DNA from: Angustibacter luteus
Lineage (GTDB): Bacteria; Actinomycetota; Actinomycetes; Actinomycetales; Angustibacteraceae
Direction: 5' to 3'
Assembly (NCBI RefSeq): GCF_039541115.1
Contig: NZ_BAABFP010000004.1
Span: 434,001-498,000 of the forward strand
DNA: 64,000 nt
Shown here piece by piece: positions 11,539 through 21,602 of the stretch. A program made the translations under genes and the position numbers. The notes under the pieces are model-generated. The model saw nothing but the letters and a program-made list of their open reading frames with translations, did not search any database and had not been told where the DNA came from. Within the stretch, counting starts at the first letter, position 1; every line of letters starts with the position of its first letter.

Positions 11539-12513
11539 TCAGCTGGTGGCGTCAGCCACCAGCCTCGCCGCCTCCTCTGGCTCAATTCCACCAACTCCCA
11601 GGCCCGCGACAACCTGTCCGTCACGGGTCAGGGGAACTCCGCCCCCGACGTACAACTCCCGATGGGGGTGCAGAGTCGCCAAAGCGAATGCCTGCCCCCC
11701 ATACAGATCCGCAAGGCGATGGCTGGGCATGCCATGCCTAGCTGCGGCCCGGGAGACTGCCCCGGCAACGTGCGTTGCAGCAGCGACGGCTCCGTCCATG
11801 TGGTCCTGCTGGATCGGATCACCCCCCCGGTCCACCACGACTGTCGCCACCTCGAGGCCACGCGACGCCGCCAAGGTGAGGACGTGATCGCAAACTTCTT
11901 TGGCCCAGAGCAACTCGGGCTGATGCGAGGCAGTCGGTGCCGGCTTCATGCCGAGGCTGTCCTCCGCGGGCACCACGAGATCCCCGAAACGGTCCTTCCA
12001 GAGGATGGTGTCGTCCCCATGTTGGCCGACATAGGGACCGCCGAGCGCGTAGGAGATGATGAGATCCTCAGGATTTGCCGGACTCCCCTCAGCGCTGACC
12101 AACTCGGGCGCAACGCCCGCGGGCAGGAACGGACTGACCGTGGCGCCCGAGGCCGCGATGCCGCCGAGGATCTCGCCAGACTCCGTGAGGATTTGCATCC
12201 CGCCGCCGCCGGGAAAGACGGACTCTGGAGAGACCTGCATAAAGCCCCAAGCCATGATGGCTGGAGCTGCCGCGATCCTGTCCTTGTGGACACCGCTTGC
12301 GAGTTGTTGTGTCCCCGAGATCCAGGCCTTGGAAACCGCACGCCCCATCCCGCCCGGCCCACCGAAGTCGAGCCGTGAGGCGCTTATGAGGGTCCCACTC
12401 GCTCCGACAACCGCGATGCTCCCGCGAACCCCAAGCTGCTCCGCCTTGTCGACGGCTCGAGAGACCATGGCGCGGGCATCGTCCAAGCGGACATCGCGTG
12501 GGTGAGGAGTCAT
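11539..12513 (-). CDS. GlcG/HbpS heme-binding family protein, tandem domains
   Basis: Two repeats: GGGMQI..GEILGGIAASG and GGGVPL..GQVVAGLGVGG. Confidence 0.75.
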   Translation of the reverse strand: MTPHPRDVRLDDARAMVSRAVDKAEQLGVRGSIAVVGASGTLISASRLDFGGPGGMGRAVSKAWISGTQQLASGVHKDRIAAAPAIMAWGFMQVSPESVFPGGGGMQILTESGEILGGIAASGATVSPFLPAGVAPELVSAEGSPANPEDLIISYALGGPYVGQHGDDTILWKDRFGDLVVPAEDSLGMKPAPTASHQPELLWAKEVCDHVLTLAASRGLEVATVVVDRGGDPIQQDHMDGAVAAATHVAGAVSRAAARHGMPSHRLADLYGGQAFALATLHPHRELYVGGGVPLTRDGQVVAGLGVGGIEPEEAARLVADATS

Positions 12514-12756
12514 GTCAGAACCCTTCTCGAGGTTGGGGTGCGCTGGAACGATGTGCGCTTGGAGGCGAGCATCTCGACTACCAGGCGGGAGCCTTCGCGC
12601 CTCGATGTCGCAGTTCTGAACGTGCGGACCGGTCTACGGACCACTGGTCCCCCAAGTGGACCAATTCGCACGTACTCTAGCCCCCGACGACTCAGCAAGC
12701 CAGAGCTGCCGGTTGGCCTGCGCACCAGCGGTTCGGCTCCGTAGCTCGCCGCTCGG

Positions 12757-13398
12757 TCAGGAGTCCAGCACGAGCCGCTCCGCCGCTCGTGTCACCGCCT
12801 GCGCGCGGGCTTTGGCAAGGCCGAGCATGCGCAGCTGCGCTATCGCGAGCAGCGTGCCGACATGGCGGGGCTCAGATCCGGAGAGGACCTCGCGGGCACC
12901 CACCCCAAACATGGACCCCCAGACCTGGACGAACATCGGAACGTCGTCAGGCTCAATGTCGAACGCTCCAGCCGTGATCCCTGTCCTCAGGTCGGCACCG
13001 AGCTGAGTCGCGGTCTGCCGAAGCACATCGCTGCGCTGCTCAAAGTATTCGGCCATGACGGCCCCGATCGATGGGTTGGTGGCGACGCGACGCATGACCC
13101 AGAACGCGCCGACGGCAATTCGCCTGGGAATCTCGAGCGCTTCCTGGAAGGCCGTCAGTTCGCTCGTCATGTCTGAGATAACCAGCGCTCCCACGGCTTC
13201 GGCGATGTCCCGCTTGTCTGCGAAGTAGTGGTAAAAGGTGCCGTTGGAGACGCCCGCGTGCTTGGTGATGTCAACGATGGACGCGTTCGCGAGGCCTTCC
13301 TCGGCGAAGACCTCCACGGCTGCCCGGATCAGCTGATCGCGTCTGTCTACCGGCGCCAGTCGGGTTCTTGCCGCTTTTGGCGTGGCATGCGACGGCAT
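12757..13398 (-). CDS. TetR/AcrR family transcriptional regulator
   Basis: HTH ASIVDITKHAGVSNGTFYHYFADK; start trimmed to ATG 13398 with AGAGG RBS. Confidence 0.9.
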   Translation of the reverse strand: MPSHATPKAARTRLAPVDRRDQLIRAAVEVFAEEGLANASIVDITKHAGVSNGTFYHYFADKRDIAEAVGALVISDMTSELTAFQEALEIPRRIAVGAFWVMRRVATNPSIGAVMAEYFEQRSDVLRQTATQLGADLRTGITAGAFDIEPDDVPMFVQVWGSMFGVGAREVLSGSEPRHVGTLLAIAQLRMLGLAKARAQAVTRAAERLVLDS

Positions 13399-13484
13399 CG
13401 AACAACCTCTCAGGCAGCAACTCCGATGGACAACCGTACTGCCGAGTCGCATAGGCGACGGGAGACGGCCGGCCACTTTCCACG

Positions 13485-13520
13485 CTATTGACAGGGCTCT
13501 CAATAGTGAGAGTACCCTCA
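13485..13520. promoter_or_regulatory. Divergent promoter with tandem TGA-N8-TCA operators (probable TetR sites)
   Basis: CTATTGA-N8-TCAATAG palindrome containing TTGACA, then TGAGAGTACCCTCA, between tetR and the monooxygenase. Confidence 0.6.
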
Positions 13521-13594
13521 AGTCGACGACAGCAAACTGGCGCGGCTCCGCCTCCACAGGTACCTCCGTCGCCGTGCAGGTTCGGAGTAGAGGC

Positions 13595-15271
13595 ATGGTC
13601 GACGAAGCAGTGTCCGATATTGCTCCTGTAACCGTCGCGGGGGGTGGAGTCGTTGGACTCACTCTCGCGCTGATGCTTGCGCGACGAGGGGTACATACGG
13701 TGGTCCTTGAGAGGGACCTCGTCCCATTGCCGCTGCCACGCGCACACGCGGTGAATCCGAGAACGCTCGAGATCCTTCGAGAGATCGACATCCTGCCTCA
13801 GGACGTCGCAGCAGTTGCCGCGCCCCGAGAACTGACTGCAGAGGTTCGGTTCGTCACAACCATGACTGGCCACTGCTTTGGGGTTCTGCCCTACGAGCGT
13901 CAAGATCCCGACGTGCTAGCGCTCACGCCGACGCCACTACTCAACGTGCCCCAGCCGGAGCTGGAGCGTCTCCTATTGGCTCGCGTACAAGCCGACGATC
14001 GAGTTGACCTCAGACGAGGGCACACGTGGGTGTCGGCTGTGCAACGGGACGGCGAGGTTACGTCGACAGTCCGCGCCGGCGAGGAGGCGTATGAGCTGAC
14101 CTCGGAATACCTCGTCGCTGCTGATGGAGCGGGCAGCCAGGTGCGCGAGAGCCTCGGAATCAGCATGACAGGCGTGGAGGAAGTCGCCGCTGCCGTAACG
14201 ATGACGTTCAAGGCAGACCTCACACCAATCGTCGCCTCCCGGCCCGGTGTCTTGCATTGGGTGTTCGAGCCACAGCCGCACGGCACTTTCATCTCGTACC
14301 AACCGGACAGCCTCTGGGCCTACATCATCACGATGCCGCCCGGTCACGTGGACATGACCCAGTACACGCGGGAGCGCGCGCTCGACCACATCCGGGCCGG
14401 GCTCGGTCCTGGTGCCACCGATGTCGCGATCGAGTTGGTTGCCGTTATCCCGTGGACCATGCGAGCACAGGTTGCCGACAGGTACCGGCAGAGCCGCGTC
14501 CTACTTGCGGGGGATGCAGCCCATCGCTTCCCGCCCACTGGGGGGCTGGGTCTGAACACCGGACTCCAGGATGCTCACAACCTTTCGTGGAAACTCGCGG
14601 CCGTGATCGCCGGCTGGTCCCCCGAGCCTGTGCTCGACACCTACGAAACAGAGCGTCGTCGTATTGCCGTGCAGAACGCTGATCAGAGTCTGCAGAACGC
14701 CAGGGCATTGGCCGTGCTGTCGATCATCGACGAGGCCTGTGGGCTTGGATCCGGGACGGATGCATTCAAGAATTGGCTGGCGGATGGCGCAAACGCCTCC
14801 GCGGTTGCTCAGGCCATCGCTGAGCAGCGAGGACACTTCGACAGCCTTGCTCTGCAGCTGGGATTCTCGTATGACCCGGACGACGAGCCGCCCGCAGATG
14901 TGTCGACCTACGTGCCGAGCGCGCGTGCCGGTCGACGACTGCCGCATGGATGGCTGAATTGGGGAGATGAGCGGGTTTCCACACTGGACGTCCTGGACCC
15001 CGAAGCGTTCACCGTGCTTTGGCTGGCTGACGATCCCAGCCCAATCGACGCTGGACCCGTTCCGGTCACTGTGGTTCACCTCAGCCCAGGTCGCCCGGAC
15101 GTCCAAGGTTGGGTGCGGGCCGCGGGGCTGACCAAAGTGGACGCCGTCCTAGTACGGCCCGATGGTCACATCCTGGAGACCTTCCCCAGCGGCTTTGATA
15201 CCGGGCAACTGGTGGCGGTGATCCGGGACCTCCTCAACGGCGGAAGGCCTCTGGCTAGCACGCAATCATGA
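13595..15271 (+). CDS. FAD-dependent aromatic monooxygenase (PheA/TfdB-like)
   Basis: GGGVVG, AADGAGS, LAGDAAHRFPPTGGLGLNTG, VRPDGH. Confidence 0.9.
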   Translation: MVDEAVSDIAPVTVAGGGVVGLTLALMLARRGVHTVVLERDLVPLPLPRAHAVNPRTLEILREIDILPQDVAAVAAPRELTAEVRFVTTMTGHCFGVLPYERQDPDVLALTPTPLLNVPQPELERLLLARVQADDRVDLRRGHTWVSAVQRDGEVTSTVRAGEEAYELTSEYLVAADGAGSQVRESLGISMTGVEEVAAAVTMTFKADLTPIVASRPGVLHWVFEPQPHGTFISYQPDSLWAYIITMPPGHVDMTQYTRERALDHIRAGLGPGATDVAIELVAVIPWTMRAQVADRYRQSRVLLAGDAAHRFPPTGGLGLNTGLQDAHNLSWKLAAVIAGWSPEPVLDTYETERRRIAVQNADQSLQNARALAVLSIIDEACGLGSGTDAFKNWLADGANASAVAQAIAEQRGHFDSLALQLGFSYDPDDEPPADVSTYVPSARAGRRLPHGWLNWGDERVSTLDVLDPEAFTVLWLADDPSPIDAGPVPVTVVHLSPGRPDVQGWVRAAGLTKVDAVLVRPDGHILETFPSGFDTGQLVAVIRDLLNGGRPLASTQS

Positions 15272-15523
15272 CCTGTGGACCGCCGTCCACCATCACGCAG
15301 ACCGACCCGGCGGCCTTCTCGCCGCAGCAGCTTTCGGCGCCGCGATCTGGTCCTTGCGCCGACGGGGTAGGTGCCCCGGCGCGGATCGCTTTGGCCGAAA
15401 CGGGGTCAACAAATCGGCTGCGATCGGAGCCGCCGCGGACATGGCGCACGTCCGGTGCCAGGTCCGCGACGGCCCGCTCAACTCAGTGCCGGAGCCGGCG
15501 AGCGCCTCTGCAGTACAACGGTT

Positions 15524-17089
15524 TCAGCTAGTCAAGGACAACTGTGAAAGCAAGTCCTCGACCAGGGCCTTGGTTTCATCCGGACCTGCGGCGACGCCGA
15601 AGAGGAAGAAGTCGGGTCGGGCAAGAAGTGCGGTGACCTCGTTCGCCGCGAAGAACTCTGAGTAGGTGCCGTCAAGGTCTTGCAGGTCATCCGGTCCCTC
15701 CCCGAGGACCAGGACGTGCACGCCCAGCCTTTCGAGCACCTCCACCTGCGCGTCAGACAAGGCCGTGTGCAGCGGCGACGAGCTGATCAGCTGGAACCCA
15801 GAACCGATGAGGCTATCCAGCAGTCCTTCCTGGCCGGCGAGCCGGACGCGTCCTTGCGGGCTCAGTGCACCAGTCGGCCCGGCTGCGAGTTCATCGCCGG
15901 ACTTGTGCAGGATTCCTTGCATGAGTCCCGGCACGGGCGGTTCAGGGCTTGGCGAGGACCGAAGGAAGGCGTCCCGCTCAGCCACCTTGACGGGATCGTT
16001 CTCAATTGCTCGCTCCCAGGCGATGACGGAGCCATGAATGAGTGGGAGGACGTGGGACAGTCTCTCCGGCTCATAGCTGTCAAGGAGAGCCTCGGTGGCC
16101 CGTCCGGTCAAAATGAGATCCAGCTTCCACGCGAGGTTGCTCGCATCGCGCATGGCCGAGCAGGAACCCTGACCGATCCCAGGCGTCATGGTGTGTGCGG
16201 CGTCACCGCCGATGAAGACCCTGCCCTTGCGGAACGTCTTGGCGTACTGAGAGCGGAACTTGTAGACGACGCGACGGGTGATGCTCACCTGCTCACGGTT
16301 GATGCCGAGCTTACGCTCGAGGAACTCGTAGGCCTTCTCATGCTCGAGCAAGTCGTCGTTCGTGGCTGTCGGGTCCATGACCCGCACGTCGGTCCGGCAT
16401 CTGTTCGCACCATTGGGGCCCCAGAACCACGGACCGTTCGGGTCGAGATGCACGGTTGTCGTCGGCGGCTGCAACTCGGGGTCGACGATGTCGAAGTCGG
16501 TCAGAACCCACCGATCCTCGTGGTTCTGCACCACTTCGATGGGGATGCCGAGGGACTCGCGCACGAAGCTGGAGGCGCCGTCCATGCCGATGACATAGGT
16601 TGCCGAGATCGCGACAGCTGCTCCTTCGTTGGTGACGCCGGCCCGCTTCGAGGGAGCTGCCGTGATGCGAATCTCGTCCCCAGTGTCGTCGAGGCCGGTG
16701 ACCTCGTAGCCCCAGTGAATGGTCACGGTGGGGCACTCGCGGATGCGAGCCTCCATCGCCTTCTCGATATTGGGCTGGTGAAGGCTCAGGCGGTACGGAT
16801 GTCCGCATAGCTTGAAACCCCAGTCCGCCGTCGTTGCGATCTCGCCATTGGCGCCGTAGAAGATCGCACCTGGTTGGGGAATCGACCCCTCGAGCGCCTC
16901 GTCGGGATTTGCCGTGTGCTGCATGAGGCGGGCCGTTTCACCGTCCAGAGTGCTCATCCGCGGAAGGCCGTATGGAACAGCGGACTTTTCGAAGACGACA
17001 ACCCTGTGCCCCGCCTGCCCGAGTAGTGAGGCGAGCGCCTCACCGCCGGGGCCGAAGCCCACGATTGCCACGTCAGCGTCGACGCTCAT
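15524..17089 (-). CDS. FAD-dependent monooxygenase, MhpA-like
   Basis: GFGPGG, MDGASS, GGDAAHTMTPGIGQG, ARPDF; start at ATG 17089 with GGGAG RBS. Confidence 0.85.
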   Translation of the reverse strand: MSVDADVAIVGFGPGGEALASLLGQAGHRVVVFEKSAVPYGLPRMSTLDGETARLMQHTANPDEALEGSIPQPGAIFYGANGEIATTADWGFKLCGHPYRLSLHQPNIEKAMEARIRECPTVTIHWGYEVTGLDDTGDEIRITAAPSKRAGVTNEGAAVAISATYVIGMDGASSFVRESLGIPIEVVQNHEDRWVLTDFDIVDPELQPPTTTVHLDPNGPWFWGPNGANRCRTDVRVMDPTATNDDLLEHEKAYEFLERKLGINREQVSITRRVVYKFRSQYAKTFRKGRVFIGGDAAHTMTPGIGQGSCSAMRDASNLAWKLDLILTGRATEALLDSYEPERLSHVLPLIHGSVIAWERAIENDPVKVAERDAFLRSSPSPEPPVPGLMQGILHKSGDELAAGPTGALSPQGRVRLAGQEGLLDSLIGSGFQLISSSPLHTALSDAQVEVLERLGVHVLVLGEGPDDLQDLDGTYSEFFAANEVTALLARPDFFLFGVAAGPDETKALVEDLLSQLSLTS

Positions 17090-17463
17090 CTGTACTCCCA
17101 CGATGTCGTTTTCGAGGTGAAGGGTGATGTCTCCGTGCAATCTTTTGACCGAGCTTGCGGTGGAGCATAGCCTCTAATTGGCCCGCAGAGTAGACCAATG
17201 GTCCGCATGATGGACCGGGCATCGTTGAGGGGGAGGATGAGGCGGTGGCGACGTCAACCGGGATCATCTGTACGTATCGCACCCCGGAATCGACGCCGCC
17301 AGAACCGCCTTCGGCTCCGGTTCGCCCGTCGCTACGGTGGTCGACGCGGCCCGGGGGTGCGGTGCGGGACTTGGCAGCGGTGGCCCGACCAGCCTGCTAC
17401 CCCCGGGACCAGGCGTCGAGAGCTAGTGGCTCATCGACAGACCCAGTTGGGCCCGTCGGGCAG

Positions 17464-18231
17464 CTACAGGCCGACCCTCGGTAGCGAGGCTGCAATCGCG
17501 TCCGCCGTCGCCCTGACCTTCTCGCCGTAGGCCGTGCGCAACCGAGCGGGCATACGCGACGCCGGCGCGGAAATGGACAACGAGGCCGCCGGCCTTGGCC
17601 CTGGCGGGTGAATGGCTGCGGCCACGGACACCACGCCGTCCATGAGCTCTTCGTCGCTCACGGCGTACCCTCTCGCGCGCACTCGCTCGAGCTCCTTCCG
17701 GAGCGTGTCCGGCTTGGTAATGCTGCGCGAAGTCGTTGGACTCAGGCTGTGACTGAGGTACCGCTCGACATCCTCGGCCGGGAGGCTTGCTAGGAACGCC
17801 TTTCCGTTCGAGCTCGCGTGCAGGGGGGCCTGAGAACCGAGCGGGGAGAAGGCCCGGAGGGCGTGCCGACTGTCGATGCGCTCGATGAGCACCACCTGTT
17901 CGCCATCGAGCACCATCAGGTGAATGGTCTCGCCCACGTCAGCGGCGAGGGCGTTCATGTGTGGCAGGGCGGCCTGGCGCAGGCCGCCGCGTTCGCCGAC
18001 TGTGCTGCCCACGATAAACGCGCGAGTGCCGACGACCCAGCGTCCGGCGCTGTCGCTCTCGATCCAACCCGCGTCGGCGAGGGTCGCCAGGGCTCGCTGG
18101 ACGGTGCTTTTCGGAAGGCGTACCTGACGGGTCAGCTCGCTGAGACCGATCGGCTGCAACTGCGACAGCGCCTCCAGGACGTCGAGCGCGACCCGCACGC
18201 TTCGGTTGCCCCTGTTGTTGTCCTCGGTCAT
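17464..18231 (-). CDS. IclR family transcriptional regulator
   Basis: LPKSTVQRALATL HTH; PLHASSNGKA; RARGYAVSDEE. Confidence 0.92.
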   Translation of the reverse strand: MTEDNNRGNRSVRVALDVLEALSQLQPIGLSELTRQVRLPKSTVQRALATLADAGWIESDSAGRWVVGTRAFIVGSTVGERGGLRQAALPHMNALAADVGETIHLMVLDGEQVVLIERIDSRHALRAFSPLGSQAPLHASSNGKAFLASLPAEDVERYLSHSLSPTTSRSITKPDTLRKELERVRARGYAVSDEELMDGVVSVAAAIHPPGPRPAASLSISAPASRMPARLRTAYGEKVRATADAIAASLPRVGL

Positions 18232-18611
18232 CGCCCCTCATTCTCCGTGCCTTCGGTGATCCAAGCACTCCATGGACTAGTCCACGGTTCAAACGCTCGC
18301 ACAGCCGCACAAGTGGTCGGCCCTCCCGGGGCCGGAGTATGGCACCACCCGTACCGAGTCGCCGTGACTGGGCCGCTGGCGGAGCTGTGCCGAGCGCGGA
18401 GCGGGCTCTTCCTTAACATCCCCGCAACGAGTGAAGAAACCGTTGACATCCATGAAATCTGGGCCTACCTTTGCGCTGGTCCGCACAGTAGACCATTGGT
18501 CCGCTGGACGGACCAGGCGAAGGGAATTCAGCCGATGGGCGACTGCTTGCTGGACGGCTCGCGACCGCCACGTCACCGGCGCCCTGATGCCGCTGCGAAG
18601 GGCGGCGCGTG

Positions 18612-19376
18612 ATGGCACTGCTCGAGGTTCAGGATCTTCGCGTGACCTACGGCGGAGTCGTAGCGGTCGACGGGGTGAGCTTCTCGGTCGAGCCAGGATC
18701 GATCGTTGGTCTCATTGGCCCCAACGGTGCGGGCAAGACATCCCTGATCGACGCCCTGACCGGCTACCACCGTCCGTCCGCGGGTCGCGTGGTCTTCGCT
18801 GGCGACGATGTCACAAGCGTGAAGGCGGACAGACGCTCCCGCCTCGGATTGGCCCGAACCTTCCAGTCCGTCGAACTGTTCGATGACCTCACCGTTGAGG
18901 AGAACCTGCTCGTGGCCGCGGAGCAGGTCGGTCTGCTTCAGCCGTTGAGGGACATGTTTCTGCCGCATCGGCCGCGAGGCGCCGAGGCCGTCGGTTGGGC
19001 GACGTCCCTGCTCAACCTCAATTCGCTGTCCGGGCGCATGCCGACCGATCTGTCCCACGGCCAGCGGAAGCTGGTCAGCGTTGGCCGGGCCCTCGCGCAG
19101 CGCCCGCGCTTGGTGCTTCTTGACGAGCCGGCAGCTGGACTCGATTCCCGCGAAAGCTTGGAGCTCGGCCAGGAGCTTCGGAACCTGCCAGACAACGACG
19201 TCAGTGTTCTCCTCGTCGACCACGACATGGGCCTGGTTCTCGGTGTCTGCGACCACGTCCTCGTCCTGGACTTCGGCCGAATCATCGCAGCCGGCAGCCC
19301 TGACGAGATCCGAGCGAACGCGACAGTGATCGAGGCCTACCTCGGCAGCGGCGGGTCGGAGGAATCCCATGGCTAG
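18612..19376 (+). CDS. ABC transporter ATP-binding protein (LivG-like)
   Basis: GPNGAGKT, ARTFQ, LLDEPAAG, VIEAYLG. Confidence 0.92.
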   Translation: MALLEVQDLRVTYGGVVAVDGVSFSVEPGSIVGLIGPNGAGKTSLIDALTGYHRPSAGRVVFAGDDVTSVKADRRSRLGLARTFQSVELFDDLTVEENLLVAAEQVGLLQPLRDMFLPHRPRGAEAVGWATSLLNLNSLSGRMPTDLSHGQRKLVSVGRALAQRPRLVLLDEPAAGLDSRESLELGQELRNLPDNDVSVLLVDHDMGLVLGVCDHVLVLDFGRIIAAGSPDEIRANATVIEAYLGSGGSEESHG

Positions 19377-20187
19377 GTCAAGGGCCGTCGCCTCGGACGG
19401 ACCTGAGGTGGCCAAGCAGCCGGTGCTCTCTCTGGCCGGGCTTTCTGCGGGCTACTTCGGTACGCCGGTGGTCCGGGACCTTGCGCTAACGGTCCAGCGC
19501 GGCGAGGTGATCGCGCTGTTGGGGGCCAACGGTGCCGGCAAGACCACCACCGTGAACACGATCGGAGGATTGCTGAAGCCGATCAGCGGCGAGGTCAGAC
19601 TCAACGGAGCCAGCGTCGGCGGGACGCCGGCGCATCTCTTGGCACGCAAGGGCGTCGCACTCGTTCCGGAGAACCGCGCGTTGTTCCCCGGATTGACCAC
19701 ACGTGAACACCTGCGACTTGCCAAGTCCGCGGACGGCTTGTCGCAACAGGACCTGCTTGAACTGCTGCCCGAGCTTACGAAGTGCCTGGATCGGCGCGTC
19801 GGGCTCCTCTCAGGCGGCGAGCAACAAATGCTGGCTATGGGTCGCGCACTCATGGCTCGCCCAACACTCCTGATCATCGACGAAATGAGCATGGGGCTGG
19901 CTCCGGTCATCGTCGAACGACTACTTCCCGTGCTCAGGCGCGCAGCAGAGGACCTGGACACGGCTGTCCTTCTCGTCGAGCAGCACGTATCCCTGGCACT
20001 CCAGGTCGCCGATCGTGCATATGTGCTCAGTCACGGTCGACTTGTGTTGAGCGGCCATGCGGCCTCACTGCGCGAAGACCGAGAACTCCTTCGCAAGAGC
20101 TACATGGGCGAGCTCGACGCCAGCGATATCCCGCACTCCGAGCAGGTCAATGGACACCCACCTGACATCCCCACGGATCAGAACTGA
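19369..20187 (+). CDS. ABC transporter ATP-binding protein (LivF-like)
   Basis: GANGAGKT, LSGGEQQML, DEMSMGLAP. Confidence 0.92.
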   Translation: MARSRAVASDGPEVAKQPVLSLAGLSAGYFGTPVVRDLALTVQRGEVIALLGANGAGKTTTVNTIGGLLKPISGEVRLNGASVGGTPAHLLARKGVALVPENRALFPGLTTREHLRLAKSADGLSQQDLLELLPELTKCLDRRVGLLSGGEQQMLAMGRALMARPTLLIIDEMSMGLAPVIVERLLPVLRRAAEDLDTAVLLVEQHVSLALQVADRAYVLSHGRLVLSGHAASLREDRELLRKSYMGELDASDIPHSEQVNGHPPDIPTDQN

Positions 20188-20273
20188 CGCCACGTCGAAA
20201 GACCTGGCGGCTTCAACCAGAGGTACACGTTCACGCACGTCAGTCGCACATCGCACCCCCGAAAGGAACAGCA

Positions 20274-21518
20274 ATGAAGCGGAAGGTCCTCGTCACATAC
20301 GGGGTGGCCGTGGCTGCCGTGGCGCTGCTCACGGCATGTAGCAACTCGAGCCCCTCGTCATCGTCATCGGCCACCCCGTCTGGATCCGCCGCTGCAGGCG
20401 CCGATCCCTTCGCCACGCCGAACAAGGCGACCAAGAGCCCGATCGTTGTCGGGTTGGTGAACCTAGAGGCCGGACCCATCACTGCTCCTGGGTACCGGAC
20501 GGCGGCGGAGGCCGCGGCCTCCTACGTGAATGACTACCTGGGCGGCGTGGGTGGACACCCGATCAAGATCGAGTCCTGCGTCACCGACGGTCAGCCAGCC
20601 ACTTCACAGCGCTGCGCCAATCAGCTCCTGGACAAGAAGCCCGTCTTCATTCTCGGTGGAGCTGACGTAGGAGGCGCCGGCGCGTACCCCGCGTGGACGC
20701 GAGCGAACCTGGCCGTCGTTGGAGCCGTCCCGCTCACACCTGTGGAGCAGACGTACAAGAACGGCGTGATCTTCTCCGCCATCTCGGGCCCAGACAACGC
20801 GGCGGCCGTGTCGTACGCGTCGCAGAAGGGCGGCAAGAGCGCCTCCGTGGTCTACACGTCTGACGCGGCCGGGACCCACAGCGGTGAGCTGTTCCAGCAG
20901 TTCTTCAAGAACACCGGCTACACGACGGTCAAGGCGGTGCCTGTGGCGCCGACCGCAGCAGACCTCAGTGCGCAGGCCGCGCAGGTGGTCACGGCCAAGT
21001 CGGACACGGTGGCAGTGAACACTCCCGTGGGCTGCGGCAGCATGTTGAAGACCCTTGATCAGCTTGGCTTCAAGGGCACGAAGGTTGTGATTGACCCCTG
21101 CGCCGATCCGAAGGTGATCGCTGCAGCGGGCGCAGGTGCTGAGGGGATGATCTGGGGCGGTCCCTTCGACCCGCCTGGGGCATCCGCTGACTCCACGCTG
21201 ATGGCAGCGGTTATCAAGAAGTACCAGCCCGCCACGGCACCAATCACGGCGAGCTACATGGGCTTCCAGGCCGTCATGAACGCCCAGAAGTACTTGTCGC
21301 CGATCTCCGACAAGTTGACGACCGAGTCCATCGTCGGCGCCTTCCAGGCCGGCAGCAACAACGCCAACTTCGCAGCGCACCCGTTCACGTGCGACGGCAA
21401 GCAGATCCCCGGCGCACCGTCGATCTGCAACGGCTACCAGCACATCTTCCAGTACTCGAAGGGCGCCACCACAACGGTCGGTGACTGGGTGAACCCCGCA
21501 CCTGCCATGGGTGGCTGA
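20274..21518 (+). CDS. ABC transporter substrate-binding lipoprotein (Liv/HAAT type)
   Basis: Signal peptide with LLTAC lipobox; GGVGGHPIKI type I periplasmic binding fold. Confidence 0.85.
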   Translation: MKRKVLVTYGVAVAAVALLTACSNSSPSSSSSATPSGSAAAGADPFATPNKATKSPIVVGLVNLEAGPITAPGYRTAAEAAASYVNDYLGGVGGHPIKIESCVTDGQPATSQRCANQLLDKKPVFILGGADVGGAGAYPAWTRANLAVVGAVPLTPVEQTYKNGVIFSAISGPDNAAAVSYASQKGGKSASVVYTSDAAGTHSGELFQQFFKNTGYTTVKAVPVAPTAADLSAQAAQVVTAKSDTVAVNTPVGCGSMLKTLDQLGFKGTKVVIDPCADPKVIAAAGAGAEGMIWGGPFDPPGASADSTLMAAVIKKYQPATAPITASYMGFQAVMNAQKYLSPISDKLTTESIVGAFQAGSNNANFAAHPFTCDGKQIPGAPSICNGYQHIFQYSKGATTTVGDWVNPAPAMGG

Positions 21519-21529
21519 CCGAGAACACA

Positions 21530-21569
21530 GGGTTCGCCCGCTCGGCGCTGCTGTCGAGCGGGCGAACCC
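21530..21569 (+). terminator. Strong intra-operon hairpin after the binding-protein gene
   Basis: GGGTTCGCCCGCTCGGC / GTCGAGCGGGCGAACCC 17-bp stem without a U-tract. Confidence 0.65.
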
Positions 21570-21602
21570 GACCATCCATCCTTCTCGACGACACGAGGCG
21601 AC

